Shown one piece after another: positions 17,882-28,014 of a stretch of 32,000 nucleotides of DNA. The translations under genes were made by a program, and so were the position numbers. The stretch is from Candidatus Arthromitus sp. SFB-rat-Yit. Its GTDB lineage: Bacteria > Bacillota > Clostridia > Clostridiales > Clostridiaceae. The notes beneath the pieces are model-generated. The model searched no databases and was not told the origin of the DNA. It was given only the letters and a program-made list of their open reading frames with translations. Location of the stretch: NCBI RefSeq assembly GCF_000283555.1, contig NC_016012.1, forward strand, positions 630,001-662,000, written 5' to 3'. Position 1 is the first letter of the stretch, and each line of letters begins with the position of its first letter.

Positions 17882-18538
17882 ATGTTTAGTAAATATTTTG
17901 ATCATACTATATTGAAAGCTGATTCAACTAAAGATGAAATTATTAAATTGTGTGATGAGGCGAAGAAATATAATTTCGCTTCAGTATGTGTAAATCCATG
18001 TTATGTATCTCTTTGTCATGAGCAACTTAAGGATAGTGATGTTGATGTTTGTACAGTTGTTGGTTTTCCATTAGGAAGCATGACTACAGAGGCAAAATTA
18101 TTTGAAACAAAAGAGGCGTTGAAAAATAATGCTGATGAAATAGATATGGTTATAAATATCGGTAAGTTAAAAGATGAAGATTATGAATATGTTAAAAATG
18201 AAATTAAAGCACTTAAAGATGTTTGTGGAGATAAGGTTTTAAAAGTTATAATAGAAACTTGTCTTTTAACTGATGATGAAAAAATAATGGCTTGTAAATT
18301 ATCAAAAGAGGCTGGAGCTGATTTCGTTAAAACATCTACGGGAATGTCTAAGGCTGGTGCAACTAAAGAAGATATAGAATTAATGAGAAAAACAGTTGGA
18401 CATGAATTAGGAGTTAAAGCATCAGGTGGAGTTAGGGATCTTGAAACTGCAAATTGCATGATAAAACATGGTGCTACAAGAATAGGGACTTCTTCAACTG
18501 TTAAAATTATTAAAGATCATATTGAATTGAGTAAATAG
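17882..18538 (+). CDS. deoC: Deoxyribose-phosphate aldolase
   Basis: The motifs [50 protein letters not shown] (Schiff-base Lys) and VKASGGVR are present. Confidence 0.93.
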   Translation: MFSKYFDHTILKADSTKDEIIKLCDEAKKYNFASVCVNPCYVSLCHEQLKDSDVDVCTVVGFPLGSMTTEAKLFETKEALKNNADEIDMVINIGKLKDEDYEYVKNEIKALKDVCGDKVLKVIIETCLLTDDEKIMACKLSKEAGADFVKTSTGMSKAGATKEDIELMRKTVGHELGVKASGGVRDLETANCMIKHGATRIGTSSTVKIIKDHIELSK

Positions 18539-18653
18539 AATAACCCATGCTATTTAATAATATAATTATATAAGTAAATTTGTATAATTTGTTTGATTGC
18601 TAAATGGGGGTTATATCTTAGATATTCAAAATGAATAGAAGGGGAATTTTATT

Positions 18654-18743
18654 ATGAAGAAAAACGAACTTAAAGTTATAACAAGATTAGATGATCAAGA
18701 CTACAAAGATATAATAAATGAATCTTTAAAAGAAACGTTATAG
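18654..18743 (+). CDS. Candidate micro-ORF (29 aa, hydrophilic), unknown function
   Basis: The ATG is preceded by GAAGGGGAA with about 6-nt spacing. The product is MKKNELKVITRLDDQDYKDIINESLKETL. The ORF sits in an otherwise unexplained 288-nt gap. I can assert no homology, so coding status is uncertain. Confidence 0.2.
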   Translation: MKKNELKVITRLDDQDYKDIINESLKETL

Positions 18744-18826
18744 TAAAATTATATTTAATTAAGTATTATTCTGTAATTTTGCAATAGTATTATTTTATAA
18801 GATATTTTGTTTAAGGTGGTTTAATA

Positions 18827-19498
18827 TTGCAAGAATTTAAATATGTTTATTCGGATTTTCAAATTGAAGAATATATGGTAACGTTTTTAAAAAGTGTTAT
18901 TTCAACTGAATGGGATAAAGATAAAAAGGAAATTGTTTTTTTAGGAGATTCTATAATTAGGGATTATGATTTAGATAGGTTCTTCCCAAAGATAAAAATA
19001 AAGTTATTTAATTGTGGTGTTTCAGGAATAACAACGCAAGGTATTCAAAATATTATAAAGCAAGGTGTGATCCGTCACAAACCAAGTACAATTGTTCTTC
19101 TTGTAGGAACAAATGATATGAGTGAAGAAAATAGTAAGAGAGATAATGAAATAATTGATAATATATCTAAATTGATAATTGATCTAAAGATTATATTAAA
19201 AGGAGTTAATATAGTATTTATATCTATTTTACCATGTGATGAAAATAGATACGGGAAAAATTCTATGTATGGTGGAGGAAGAACAAATGAACGTATACAA
19301 AAATTGAACAGCGTATTTAAAGAATTTGAAAATTATTATAAGGATTATATTTTTATAGATGCATTTAAAGATTTATCTGATGAAAATGGAAATTTAATCA
19401 AAGAATATACTCATGATGGATTGCATCTTAACGTTGCTGGATATGAAAAATTAACTAAAAAACTTAATCCTATTATTGAAAAATTGATAAATAAGTAA
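18827..19498 (+). CDS. SGNH/GDSL-family hydrolase (lipase/acylhydrolase-like)
   Basis: The four SGNH blocks are present: FLGDSII (block I Ser), GVSGITT (block II Gly), LLVGTNDM (block III Asn) and HDGLHLN (block V Asp/His). The start is a TTG at 18827, 6 nt after an AAGGTGG Shine-Dalgarno. Confidence 0.82.
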   Translation: MQEFKYVYSDFQIEEYMVTFLKSVISTEWDKDKKEIVFLGDSIIRDYDLDRFFPKIKIKLFNCGVSGITTQGIQNIIKQGVIRHKPSTIVLLVGTNDMSEENSKRDNEIIDNISKLIIDLKIILKGVNIVFISILPCDENRYGKNSMYGGGRTNERIQKLNSVFKEFENYYKDYIFIDAFKDLSDENGNLIKEYTHDGLHLNVAGYEKLTKKLNPIIEKLINK

Positions 19499-19539
19499 GT
19501 CTACTGTTTGATTTATTTACAAGATCTAGGGGTGAGCAA

Positions 19540-19644
19540 ATGAGGAGTAGTAGTAAAAAAATACTTATATCAATTATAACAGTTGTAATTTTATTGATTT
19601 TCACGATTAGTATTTTTTTAGGATTATTTATGAATTTTTATTGA
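19540..19644 (+). CDS. Candidate 34-aa single-pass hydrophobic peptide
   Basis: The ATG is preceded by AGGGGTG with about 6-nt spacing. The product is MRSSSKKILISIITVVILLIFTISIFLGLFMNFY: a basic N-terminus, a roughly 22-residue hydrophobic helix and a short tail. The stop codon is embedded in the foot of a strong terminator. Confidence 0.4.
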   Translation: MRSSSKKILISIITVVILLIFTISIFLGLFMNFY

Positions 19645-19675
19645 GAGATAATTTGAAAATTATCTCTCTTTTTTT
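19643..19675 (+). terminator. Rho-independent terminator
   Basis: A perfect 10-bp stem pairs GAGAGATAAT (19643-52) with ATTATCTCTC (19659-68) around a 6-nt loop, followed by T7. Confidence 0.85.
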
Positions 19676-19814
19676 GTGTTTAAACCAATAAATTTTGATT
19701 TTTATGTGAGGTTCGTATGGTACAATTTTCTTGAAAGAATCTTATTTTTGTGAGATAGTTTTAATGAAATGTATCATATTAAAATTTAATTATTAGAAGG
19801 GATTTAAATTTATT

Positions 19815-22800
19815 ATGATTCTTAAATCAATAGAGATAAGGGGATTTAAATCTTTTGCTGACTCAACCGAACTTATATTTAAACATGGTATAACATCAGT
19901 AGTAGGTCCAAATGGAAGTGGTAAAAGTAATATATCAGATGCAATAAGATGGTGCTTAGGTGAACAAAGTGTTAAAAATCTTAGAGGAGGTAAAATGGAA
20001 GATGTAATTTTTTCTGGAACTCAGTATAGAAAACAATTGTCTTTAGCTCAAGTTTCATTAATTATAGATAATTCCCGAAATGAACTTCCAATAGATTATA
20101 GCACTGTTATAATATCTAGAAAATTATATAGATCTGGTGAAAGTGAGTATTTAATAAATAATAAACCATGTAAGCTTAAAGATATAAATAGGCTATTTTT
20201 TGATACAGGTATAGGTAAAGAGGGTTATTCTTTAATTGGACAAGGTAAGATAGAAGCTATATTAAATGGAAATTCTAATGATAGGAGAAGTATAATCGAG
20301 GAAGCGATAGGTATAACAAAATATAAATTTAAGAGGGAAGAAGCATATAGTAAAATTAATCATGCCAATGAAAATATTATTAGAATTAATGATATGCTCT
20401 TTACATATGCGGAATATTTGGAGCCATTGAAAGCTGACAGTGAAAAGGCTAGGAAATTTATAAATCTTTCAAATGAACTCAAGGATTTAGAAATTTTGAT
20501 TTTTTACAATAATTTATATGATATTTATGAGGAAATACAAAATATAAAAAGAGATATAGTTTATCGTAATTTAAAATTGGATGATTTGATAAATGAAAAG
20601 AAAATTGCGGAAAATAAGAGAGAGGTATTTGAAAAAGAATTTGAAAATTTAAAATTAATTGAGAAAAGAGATAAGAAGCGATATTATAAGATTAAAGATA
20701 TTACGCAAAAAAATATAAATATGGTAAATCTTAAAAATAACGATATAAACATGCTTATTAATTCAAACAAGATATATGAAAGACAGATAAGTGAAAACAA
20801 ATCTAAGATAAACAACATAACGCTTAGAGAAAATATAATTAATAAAACAAGAGATGAGCTAGAAAATGAATTTAATTCTCTTTTATCTAACTTAGAGAAA
20901 AATGAGAAATTAATTCTGGATAACAGTGTAAGATTGCATAACTTGGAAAATCAAATTAATAGCATTTTGTTGGAAAAAAATAAGATCGTTAATGTCAATA
21001 ATAGCATACAAAATAAAATTGAATTTATAAAGATGAGTTTTTTCAATATAGATAATGACAAAAAGACTTATTTGGATGAAAAGAAGTCCATAGAAGATAG
21101 AATTAAAAAAAATGATGAGTACATAGATAGTATAAGATATGCTTTAAAAGATTTACACAGACAAGAAAATGAAATTAAAATTTTATCTGAAAGCTTATTA
21201 AATCGTATTGAATCAGAAAGTAAAAAGATAGAGCTACTTGACGATCAATTAGATAATTTAAATAAAGATGTGATAGTAAAACAAGCGAACCTTGATGCAT
21301 TAAGAAGCCTTGATAATGTTTATGATGGGTTCAATAAATCAAGTAAAACTTTAATGAATGAAATTAATTCGGGATCATTAATTAGGTTCAAGGATAAATG
21401 TTTTATTGTGGGGAATGTTTTGGATACAGAAGAGAGGTATGCATATGCGATTGAAACCGTTATTGGAGGACATATTTCGGATATAATAATCGAAGAATAT
21501 TCTTTTGTAAAAGATCTTATAAATCATCTTAAGGAAAATAATCTTGGACGTGTTACATTTCACCCTCTAAACAGTGTTAATAAATACAATATAAAATTTA
21601 ACAATGAGGTCAAGTCGTTTAAAGGTTTTATAGATTTTGCTATAAATTTGGTTAAATATGATTCAAAGTTTAATAATATCATTAGCAATATTTTAGGTAA
21701 TACTATCATCTGTGATAATATTGATAATGCTTTAAATATTGCAAAGAGTATAAATTTTTCTAATAGGATAGTGACCTTAGATTCTCAAATTATAAATTCT
21801 GGTGGATCTATTACAGGAGGATCGATTTATTCTAAGAAATTTAATGTTCTTGGGAGACAACGTAAAATTTCGAGCGAGGCTCTTGAAATTGATAAAAAAT
21901 TATTATATATATCTGAGTTGAAGACTGATTTAAAAAATCTTTATGATGTTAGGAAAAATATACAAGATGAATTTGAAACAAATAATAATTTAATAAAAAA
22001 TATAGATATAGAAATCTTGAAGAAGAATGAGGAATTAAAGACTTATAATGATTTGAGATTGAGAGATATTGAAGAGTTAGACAAAAAAAATGCTGTATTG
22101 AATAATTTGGAAGATATTTATAGTTCAAATGATGAGGAAATTAACAAATTAAATTATGAATTAAGTTTAAATAATGATAATTTTGTTATTTTGGAAGATA
22201 ATGAGAAAAATGCAAGGATAGAATTTGAAAATTACAAAAAGATAGCTGAGGAGATAGACAATGAAATTACAAATTGTAAAATTAGGAAAGCTAAAATTGA
22301 GGAAAACATTTTAAATATTTATGATGAAGGTAAAAGAATTGCATTGGAGAAAAAGGACTTGATTTATTCCAATGGAAAGACAAATGATAATATAAAATCA
22401 AATAATATAAATATCGAAAAGATTGAGGAAAGTATAAAAATTCTTAATAAGAGAATAGAAAATTTAAACAATAAATTTAATGAATATAAAATTGATTCAT
22501 ATATAATAGACCAAAATAAAATACAAGAAAAAATAAACAAATTGAAATTAGATATTAGCGAATTGGATTTAAATATACACGATATTGAACGTAATATTAA
22601 TGATTTGAATATTAAGAGTACCAAGAGAGAAGTAGAGTTTAATATAAATAATGATAATTTGTTTAAAAAATATTCTATTAATTTTGATATAAATGATGCG
22701 GAAAAATACATAATAGATAAGAACGAACTTGGTAATTATAATATAAAAATGAAAAAAATAACTAGTGAGATAAGTGAATTGGGAAATATAAATATTAAGT

Positions 22801-23381
22801 CTATTGAGGAATATGAAGTACTTAGCAAGAAGGTTGAATTTATAACTAAACAGAAGGAAGATTTAGAAAATAGTAAAATGGAGCTTGAAGATTTTATTGA
22901 AAGTATAACTTCAGAAATGAGAAATATATTTAATGAAAATTTTAAGCTCATAAATGAAAATTTTAATTCAACTTTTAAGGAATTATTTAAAGGTGGAAGT
23001 GCCCAACTTGTATTGGGAGATGGTGATGAGCTAGAGAGTAATATTGAAATAATTGTACAGCCTCCTGGCAAAAAACTTCAAAATATTAATTTATTATCAG
23101 GTGGCGAAAAGGGACTTTCTGCAATATCACTTTTATTTGCAATTCTAAGATTAAAGCCCGTACCATTTTGTGTTTTAGATGAAATTGAGGCTGCACTCGA
23201 CGACAATAATGTTATTAAGTTTTCTACATTTTTAAAGCAATATTCTTCAAATGTACAATTTATAGTTATAACCCATAGAAAACCGACGATGGAAGCGAGT
23301 GATGTTATTTATGGTGTTACTATGGAGGAGAAAGGAGTATCTAAGGTAGTATCAATTAACTTAGCTAATTATAATACATAG
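19815..23381 (+). CDS. smc: Chromosome condensation/segregation ATPase SMC
   Basis: The 1188-aa product starts ILKSIEIRGFKSFA, with Walker A GPNGSGKSNISDAIRWCLGEQS. Long Asn/Lys/Ile/Glu-rich coiled-coil arms flank a central hinge (YAYAIETVIGGHISDIII ... NLGRVTFHPLN). The signature motif is LSGGEKGLSAISLLFAI and Walker B is FCVLDEIEAALDD. Confidence 0.95.
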   Translation: MILKSIEIRGFKSFADSTELIFKHGITSVVGPNGSGKSNISDAIRWCLGEQSVKNLRGGKMEDVIFSGTQYRKQLSLAQVSLIIDNSRNELPIDYSTVIISRKLYRSGESEYLINNKPCKLKDINRLFFDTGIGKEGYSLIGQGKIEAILNGNSNDRRSIIEEAIGITKYKFKREEAYSKINHANENIIRINDMLFTYAEYLEPLKADSEKARKFINLSNELKDLEILIFYNNLYDIYEEIQNIKRDIVYRNLKLDDLINEKKIAENKREVFEKEFENLKLIEKRDKKRYYKIKDITQKNINMVNLKNNDINMLINSNKIYERQISENKSKINNITLRENIINKTRDELENEFNSLLSNLEKNEKLILDNSVRLHNLENQINSILLEKNKIVNVNNSIQNKIEFIKMSFFNIDNDKKTYLDEKKSIEDRIKKNDEYIDSIRYALKDLHRQENEIKILSESLLNRIESESKKIELLDDQLDNLNKDVIVKQANLDALRSLDNVYDGFNKSSKTLMNEINSGSLIRFKDKCFIVGNVLDTEERYAYAIETVIGGHISDIIIEEYSFVKDLINHLKENNLGRVTFHPLNSVNKYNIKFNNEVKSFKGFIDFAINLVKYDSKFNNIISNILGNTIICDNIDNALNIAKSINFSNRIVTLDSQIINSGGSITGGSIYSKKFNVLGRQRKISSEALEIDKKLLYISELKTDLKNLYDVRKNIQDEFETNNNLIKNIDIEILKKNEELKTYNDLRLRDIEELDKKNAVLNNLEDIYSSNDEEINKLNYELSLNNDNFVILEDNEKNARIEFENYKKIAEEIDNEITNCKIRKAKIEENILNIYDEGKRIALEKKDLIYSNGKTNDNIKSNNINIEKIEESIKILNKRIENLNNKFNEYKIDSYIIDQNKIQEKINKLKLDISELDLNIHDIERNINDLNIKSTKREVEFNINNDNLFKKYSINFDINDAEKYIIDKNELGNYNIKMKKITSEISELGNINIKSIEEYEVLSKKVEFITKQKEDLENSKMELEDFIESITSEMRNIFNENFKLINENFNSTFKELFKGGSAQLVLGDGDELESNIEIIVQPPGKKLQNINLLSGGEKGLSAISLLFAILRLKPVPFCVLDEIEAALDDNNVIKFSTFLKQYSSNVQFIVITHRKPTMEASDVIYGVTMEEKGVSKVVSINLANYNT

Positions 23382-23398
23382 AAGGAGGAAAATGATAA

Positions 23399-24307
23399 AT
23401 GCTAAATAATTTTTTCTCAAAATTAAAAGATAGCTTAACAAAAACTAAGGAGAATTTTACAGACAAATTAAATTCTATATTAGGGTTGGCTATAACTATA
23501 GATGACGATTTGTATGAAGAGATTGAGGAAATGTTAATTGTATGTGATATAGGAATAGATGTTTCGTGTAATATCATAGAAAGATTAAAAACTATAGTTC
23601 GTGAGCGTAAAATCAAAGATCCAAATATGATTAAACCTATTATAAAGGAAATTATACTCGATATGCTAAACGAATCAGAGGATATAAACCAAGAGAAATT
23701 TCCAAAAATAATAATAATGATAGGAATAAATGGAGTTGGAAAAACAACTAGTATAGGTAAAATGGCAAATTACTTTAAAAATAATGATAAGGATGTTATA
23801 ATTGCTGCGGGTGATACTTTTAGAGCGGCAGCAATTGATCAATTGCAAGTTTGGGCTGAAAGGGTTGATGTTAAAATGATAAGACACAATCAAGGTTCAG
23901 ATCCATCAGCAGTTGTTTTTGATGCCATAAAATCATTTAGAGCTAGAAATTCGGATGTGTTAATTTGTGATAGTGCGGGAAGACTTCATAATAAGAAAAA
24001 TTTGATGAATGAATTGAAGAAGATGAATAGAATAATAGAAAATGAATGTAGTGATGTTCAGAGAGAAATATATTTAGTTTTAGATGCGACTACTGGTCAA
24101 AATGCTTTGAATCAAGCTATTGAATTTAAAGAAATAGCAAATATTACAGGTATTATTTTGACTAAACTTGATGGAACTGCAAAAGGTGGAATGGTAATTT
24201 CAATAAAAGATAAACTCGGAATACCAGTTAAATATATAGGTACTGGTGAGGGAATTGATGATATTCAACCATTTAATGCACAAGAGTTTGTTGATGCCTT
24301 AATATAA
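23399..24307 (+). CDS. ftsY: Signal recognition particle receptor FtsY (short form, NG domain only)
   Basis: The motifs GINGVGKTTSIGKMA, AAGDTFRAAAIDQL, DSAGRLHNK and LTKLDGTAKGG are present. An AGGAGG Shine-Dalgarno lies 9 nt upstream. Confidence 0.94.
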   Translation: MLNNFFSKLKDSLTKTKENFTDKLNSILGLAITIDDDLYEEIEEMLIVCDIGIDVSCNIIERLKTIVRERKIKDPNMIKPIIKEIILDMLNESEDINQEKFPKIIIMIGINGVGKTTSIGKMANYFKNNDKDVIIAAGDTFRAAAIDQLQVWAERVDVKMIRHNQGSDPSAVVFDAIKSFRARNSDVLICDSAGRLHNKKNLMNELKKMNRIIENECSDVQREIYLVLDATTGQNALNQAIEFKEIANITGIILTKLDGTAKGGMVISIKDKLGIPVKYIGTGEGIDDIQPFNAQEFVDALI

Positions 24308-24308
24308 A

Positions 24309-24341
24309 AATGTCAAGTTATTTTACTTGACATTTTTTTTT
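24309..24341 (+). terminator. Rho-independent terminator after ftsY
   Basis: A perfect 10-bp stem pairs AATGTCAAGT (24309-18) with ACTTGACATT (24325-34) around a 6-nt loop. A T-run extends to 24341. Confidence 0.85.
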
Positions 24342-24364
24342 GTATTGATATAATGAAATAGGTA

Positions 24365-24703
24365 ATGGATAAAAAAGATTTAAAAAATAGGAATGAAATT
24401 ATATTGCTTATAGACATCTATGGAGATTTGTTGACAGAGAAACAGAAAAAAATTCTTGAACTTTATTTTTTTGATGATTTGGCTTTGGTCGAAATAGCTA
24501 GTATTAATGAGTCGAGTCGCCAGTCTATACTGTATTCTATTAATAAGAGTATTGAGCAATTGTACGCTTTTGAAAATAAATTAAAAATATTGGAAAGAGA
24601 TATGGAGCTGAATAGTAAGAAAAAAGAATTAATAGAAAAACTGGAAGAGTTTTTAGATTTTGGTAAAAATCAGGAGTTGTATAATTTTATTCAGAATTTG
24701 TAG
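24365..24703 (+). CDS. ylxM: YlxM/p13-like putative HTH protein (UPF0122) of the ffh operon
   Basis: The 112-aa product contains LIDIYGDLLTEKQKKILELYFFDDLALVEIA, a sigma-70 region-4-like HTH. It occupies the conserved position immediately upstream of ffh. Confidence 0.82.
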   Translation: MDKKDLKNRNEIILLIDIYGDLLTEKQKKILELYFFDDLALVEIASINESSRQSILYSINKSIEQLYAFENKLKILERDMELNSKKKELIEKLEEFLDFGKNQELYNFIQNL

Positions 24704-24717
24704 ATTGGGGGTAGGAG

Positions 24718-26082
24718 ATGGCTTTTGATAGTTTAGCTAGTAAACTGCAGGGTGTTTTTAAAAAGCTTAGAGGCAAAGGTAAATTATCAGAACAAGATAT
24801 AAAACTTGCTATGCGTGAAGTGAAATTAGCTTTGCTTGAATCGGATGTTAACTATAAAGTTGTTAAGACTTTTATAAGTAGAGTTAGTGAAAAATCTTTG
24901 GGAAAAGAAGTGCTTGAAAGTTTGACTCCGGCACAACAAGTTATAAAGATTGTAAATGATGAACTTAAGTCTATAATGGGTAATGATCAAAGTAAGTTAA
25001 ACTACAATAGCAATAGTACTACTGTTATAATGCTTGTTGGACTCCAGGGAGCTGGTAAAACTACTATGGCAGCTAAACTTTCTCTTTATTGCAGGAAGTC
25101 GGGAAAGAGTCCACTCATGATTGCATGTGACGTATATAGACCAGCTGCAGTTAAACAATTAGAAGTGTTAGGTAATCAAATTGACATACCAGTATTTTCA
25201 ATACCAGATAGTAAAGATCCTTTGAATATCGTTAGAAAAGGTCTTGAAAAGGCTGAATCAAATATGAATAATGTGGTAATTATTGATACAGCAGGACGTT
25301 TACATATTGATGATAATCTTATGGATGAATTGCGAGAAATCAAAGAAATTTCAAATCCTTCTGAAATATTGATGGTAATTGATTCGATGATTGGGCAGGA
25401 GTCTGTGAATATAGCCGAAACATTTAATGAAAAGTTAGATGTTACGGGATTTGTTTTAACGAAATTAGATGGGGATACTCGTGGGGGAGTAGCGTTATCT
25501 ATAAAAGAAGTTATTGGTAAGAATATTAAATTCATTGGTGTTGGTGAGAAGATCAGTGATTTGGAAGTGTTCCATCCCGATAGAATGGCGTCCAGAATTT
25601 TGGGAATGGGTGATGTTTTGTCACTTATTGAAAAAGCTCAGGAATCGATTGATCAAGAGGAAGCTCAGAAACTTAGTGAAAGAATGTTTGCCAATGAGTT
25701 TAATTTTGAGGATTTCAAAAGTGCTATGCATCAAATGAAGAAATTAGGTTCTTTTTCAAAGATACTTCAAATGATACCAGGAATTGGAAATGCAATGAAG
25801 GAATTGAAAAATATAAATTTGGATGATAGTGAAAAAGAATTATCTAAAATTGAAGCAATTATTAATTCAATGACAGCTAAAGAGAGAAAAAATCCAAAGC
25901 TTCTTATAGGTTCAGCATCAAGAAAATCTAGGATAGCAAAAGGTTCTGGAAGTACAACTGCTCAAGTTAATAAACTTATAAAAGATTTTGAAAATATGAG
26001 TAAGATGATGAAACAATTTAAAGGTATGACTGGAAAAGGAAAATTTGGCAAAAAAGGATTTTTTCCTAAATTACCGTTTTAG
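24718..26082 (+). CDS. ffh: Signal recognition particle protein Ffh
   Basis: The NG domain contains LVGLQGAGKTT, DTAGRLHID and LTKLDGDTRGG. The linker reads RILGMGDVLSLIEKA. The M domain is Met-rich and contains RIAKGSGS..QVNKLIKDF. Confidence 0.95.
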   Translation: MAFDSLASKLQGVFKKLRGKGKLSEQDIKLAMREVKLALLESDVNYKVVKTFISRVSEKSLGKEVLESLTPAQQVIKIVNDELKSIMGNDQSKLNYNSNSTTVIMLVGLQGAGKTTMAAKLSLYCRKSGKSPLMIACDVYRPAAVKQLEVLGNQIDIPVFSIPDSKDPLNIVRKGLEKAESNMNNVVIIDTAGRLHIDDNLMDELREIKEISNPSEILMVIDSMIGQESVNIAETFNEKLDVTGFVLTKLDGDTRGGVALSIKEVIGKNIKFIGVGEKISDLEVFHPDRMASRILGMGDVLSLIEKAQESIDQEEAQKLSERMFANEFNFEDFKSAMHQMKKLGSFSKILQMIPGIGNAMKELKNINLDDSEKELSKIEAIINSMTAKERKNPKLLIGSASRKSRIAKGSGSTTAQVNKLIKDFENMSKMMKQFKGMTGKGKFGKKGFFPKLPF

Positions 26083-26129
26083 GTTATTGAGGTTAAAATA
26101 TTTAAGTCTTTATTAGGAGGAATTTTTAA

Positions 26130-26369
26130 ATGGTAAAAATTAGATTAAGAAGAATGGGAAGCAAAAAGAAACCTTTTTATAGAATTGTTGTTGCAGATTC
26201 AAGAAGCCCAAGGGATGGTAAATTTATAGCTGAAGTTGGAACATATAATCCTATGAAAAATCCAGTTGAATTTACACTTAAAGAAGAAGAAATTAAAAAG
26301 TGGATTTCTAATGGAGCTCAACCTACTGATGCAGTTAATAGATTATTAGTTAAAGCAGGTATAAATTAG
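26130..26369 (+). CDS. rpsP: 30S ribosomal protein bS16
   Basis: The product starts [41 protein letters not shown]. An AGGAGG Shine-Dalgarno is present. Confidence 0.95.
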   Translation: MVKIRLRRMGSKKKPFYRIVVADSRSPRDGKFIAEVGTYNPMKNPVEFTLKEEEIKKWISNGAQPTDAVNRLLVKAGIN

Positions 26370-26389
26370 TTTAGATGGTGTTTTAAATT

Positions 26390-26911
26390 ATGATAAATGT
26401 ATTTTCTATTGGTAAAATATCTAAGCCACATGGTATCCGTGGTGAAGTGAATGTTATACCCTTTGATGAGGATTTGAAAATATTTAAAAATTTACAGAGC
26501 ATTTTTTTAAGTAACAGCGATACATCAGAGGAAGATTTGGTATTAGTTAATGTATCATCTATTAAATTTAAAAATAATAGAGTGGTCATGGGTATCGAAG
26601 GTTGTTCAACTTGTAATGAGGCAGAATTGTTAAGGAATAAATTTGTGAGAATAAAGCGTGAAAATATTCCTATAAAAGATGGTGATTATTTTATTGCAGA
26701 TATAAAAGAATGTACTGTGTATGATGAAAATGGTGTATTTTTGGGTAAAGTATCTGAAGTTATAAAAACTAAAAATAATGATGTCTATTGGATAAAGAAG
26801 ACAAGTTTGAATGATGAACTGCTTATACCGGTGCTTAAATCTATTGTGATGGATATAAATGTCGATGAAAAGAAAATTGTTATTAAAGAAGTTAAAAGTT
26901 GGAGTTTATGA
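26390..26911 (+). CDS. rimM: 16S rRNA processing protein RimM
   Basis: The N-terminus reads IGKISKPHGIRGEV and a PRC-barrel-type C-terminal domain follows. The gene sits in the conserved position between rpsP and trmD. Confidence 0.88.
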   Translation: MINVFSIGKISKPHGIRGEVNVIPFDEDLKIFKNLQSIFLSNSDTSEEDLVLVNVSSIKFKNNRVVMGIEGCSTCNEAELLRNKFVRIKRENIPIKDGDYFIADIKECTVYDENGVFLGKVSEVIKTKNNDVYWIKKTSLNDELLIPVLKSIVMDINVDEKKIVIKEVKSWSL

Positions 26912-27576
26912 AGATAACTATTTTGAGTTTATTTCCGCAGATGTTTGAGGTTTTTAGTCATAGCATTGTGGGTAAAGCGAGAGCGAATAATTACGTCGAT
27001 ATTGAAGTCATAAATATAAGGGATTTTTCTAATAATAAACACAATAGGGTTGATGATTATCCTTTTGGTGGTGGTGCGGGTATGCTTATGAGCGTTGAGC
27101 CAATATATAATTCTATAAATTATGTTAAGCGTAATTTAGATGGGAAGGTTATATATTTAGGTCCAAGAGGAAGTACTTTTAATCAAAATAAGGCACGTGA
27201 GTTGTCTGATAATAATCATCTGATATTTTTGTGTGGTCATTATGAGGGAATTGATGAGAGATCTTATAAATTTATTGATGAGGAGATTTCTTTAGGTGAT
27301 TTTATATTGACTGGTGGGGAAATGGCAGCTATTCCAATTATTGATAGTATTGTTAGGCTTTTATCTGGAGTTATAAATCAAGAAAGTTTGGATAATGAGT
27401 CATTTAATAATAATTTGATGGATTTTCCTCAGTATACGAGACCAAGAGAATTCATGGGTATGAGTGTTCCGAATGTTTTGTTATCTGGAAATCATAAAGA
27501 GATTGACAAATGGAGAAGAGAGGAATCTTTAAAGATAACGCAAAAATATAAGGGTTATTTATTAAAAGATAGATAA
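26908..27576 (+). CDS. trmD: tRNA (guanine37-N1)-methyltransferase TrmD
   Basis: The motifs [37 protein letters not shown] and [12 protein letters not shown] are present. I prefer the ATG at 26908, which forms an ATGA overlap with the rimM stop. The TTG at 26899 used in the ORF track is an alternative start. Confidence 0.92.
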   Translation: MKITILSLFPQMFEVFSHSIVGKARANNYVDIEVINIRDFSNNKHNRVDDYPFGGGAGMLMSVEPIYNSINYVKRNLDGKVIYLGPRGSTFNQNKARELSDNNHLIFLCGHYEGIDERSYKFIDEEISLGDFILTGGEMAAIPIIDSIVRLLSGVINQESLDNESFNNNLMDFPQYTRPREFMGMSVPNVLLSGNHKEIDKWRREESLKITQKYKGYLLKDR

Positions 27577-27596
27577 ATTTAGGAGGATTTTATATA

Positions 27597-27956
27597 ATGC
27601 ATGATTTAATTAAATACATAGAGTCACAACAAATGAAAAAAGATGTTCCTTCTTTTAACGTTGGTGATACTGTTAAAGTTAGTCTTCTTATAAAAGAGGG
27701 GAACAAAGAAAGAATTCAGATTTATGAAGGAACTGTTATAAAAAGACAAAATGGTGGCGTTAGAGAAACTTTTACAGTTAGGAGAATTGCTTATGGGGTT
27801 GGAAGTGAGAAAACATTCCCTTTACATTCACCAAAAGTTTTAAAGATTGAAGTTGTAAGATATGGTAAAGTTAGAAGAGCTAAACTTTATTATTTAAGAG
27901 ATAGAGTAGGAAAGGCTACTAAAGTTAAAGAAAGAATTGTAAATAAGAATAAATAG
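27597..27956 (+). CDS. rplS: 50S ribosomal protein bL19
   Basis: The product contains [47 protein letters not shown] ... [18 protein letters not shown]. An AGGAGG Shine-Dalgarno is present. Confidence 0.95.
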   Translation: MHDLIKYIESQQMKKDVPSFNVGDTVKVSLLIKEGNKERIQIYEGTVIKRQNGGVRETFTVRRIAYGVGSEKTFPLHSPKVLKIEVVRYGKVRRAKLYYLRDRVGKATKVKERIVNKNK

Positions 27957-27972
27957 AATTGAATCTTATTTT

Positions 27973-28014
27973 AAATAGTAAATTTCCTTTGCGAAATTTA
28001 CTATTTTGTTTTTT
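27973..28014 (+). terminator. Rho-independent terminator after rplS
   Basis: A perfect 14-bp stem pairs AAATAGTAAATTTC (27973-86) with GAAATTTACTATTT (27993-28006) around a 6-nt loop, followed by a T-rich run. Confidence 0.85.

Noticed and set aside
18541-18614. Long-range complementarity ATAACCC / GGGTTAT flanking an AT-rich segment of about 58 nt after deoC. I considered it as a terminator or riboswitch-like fold.
   Set aside because: The stem is only 7 bp, the AT-rich loop is very large, and no T-run follows. It is not a credible stable structure.
19815-23381. Highly repetitive-looking AAT/AAA/ATA-rich DNA in the middle of smc. I considered tandem repeats or a low-complexity insertion.
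   Set aside because: It translates continuously into Asn/Lys/Ile/Glu-rich heptad-like coiled-coil arms of normal SMC length, with an intact hinge and head domains. This is compositional bias, not a repeat element.
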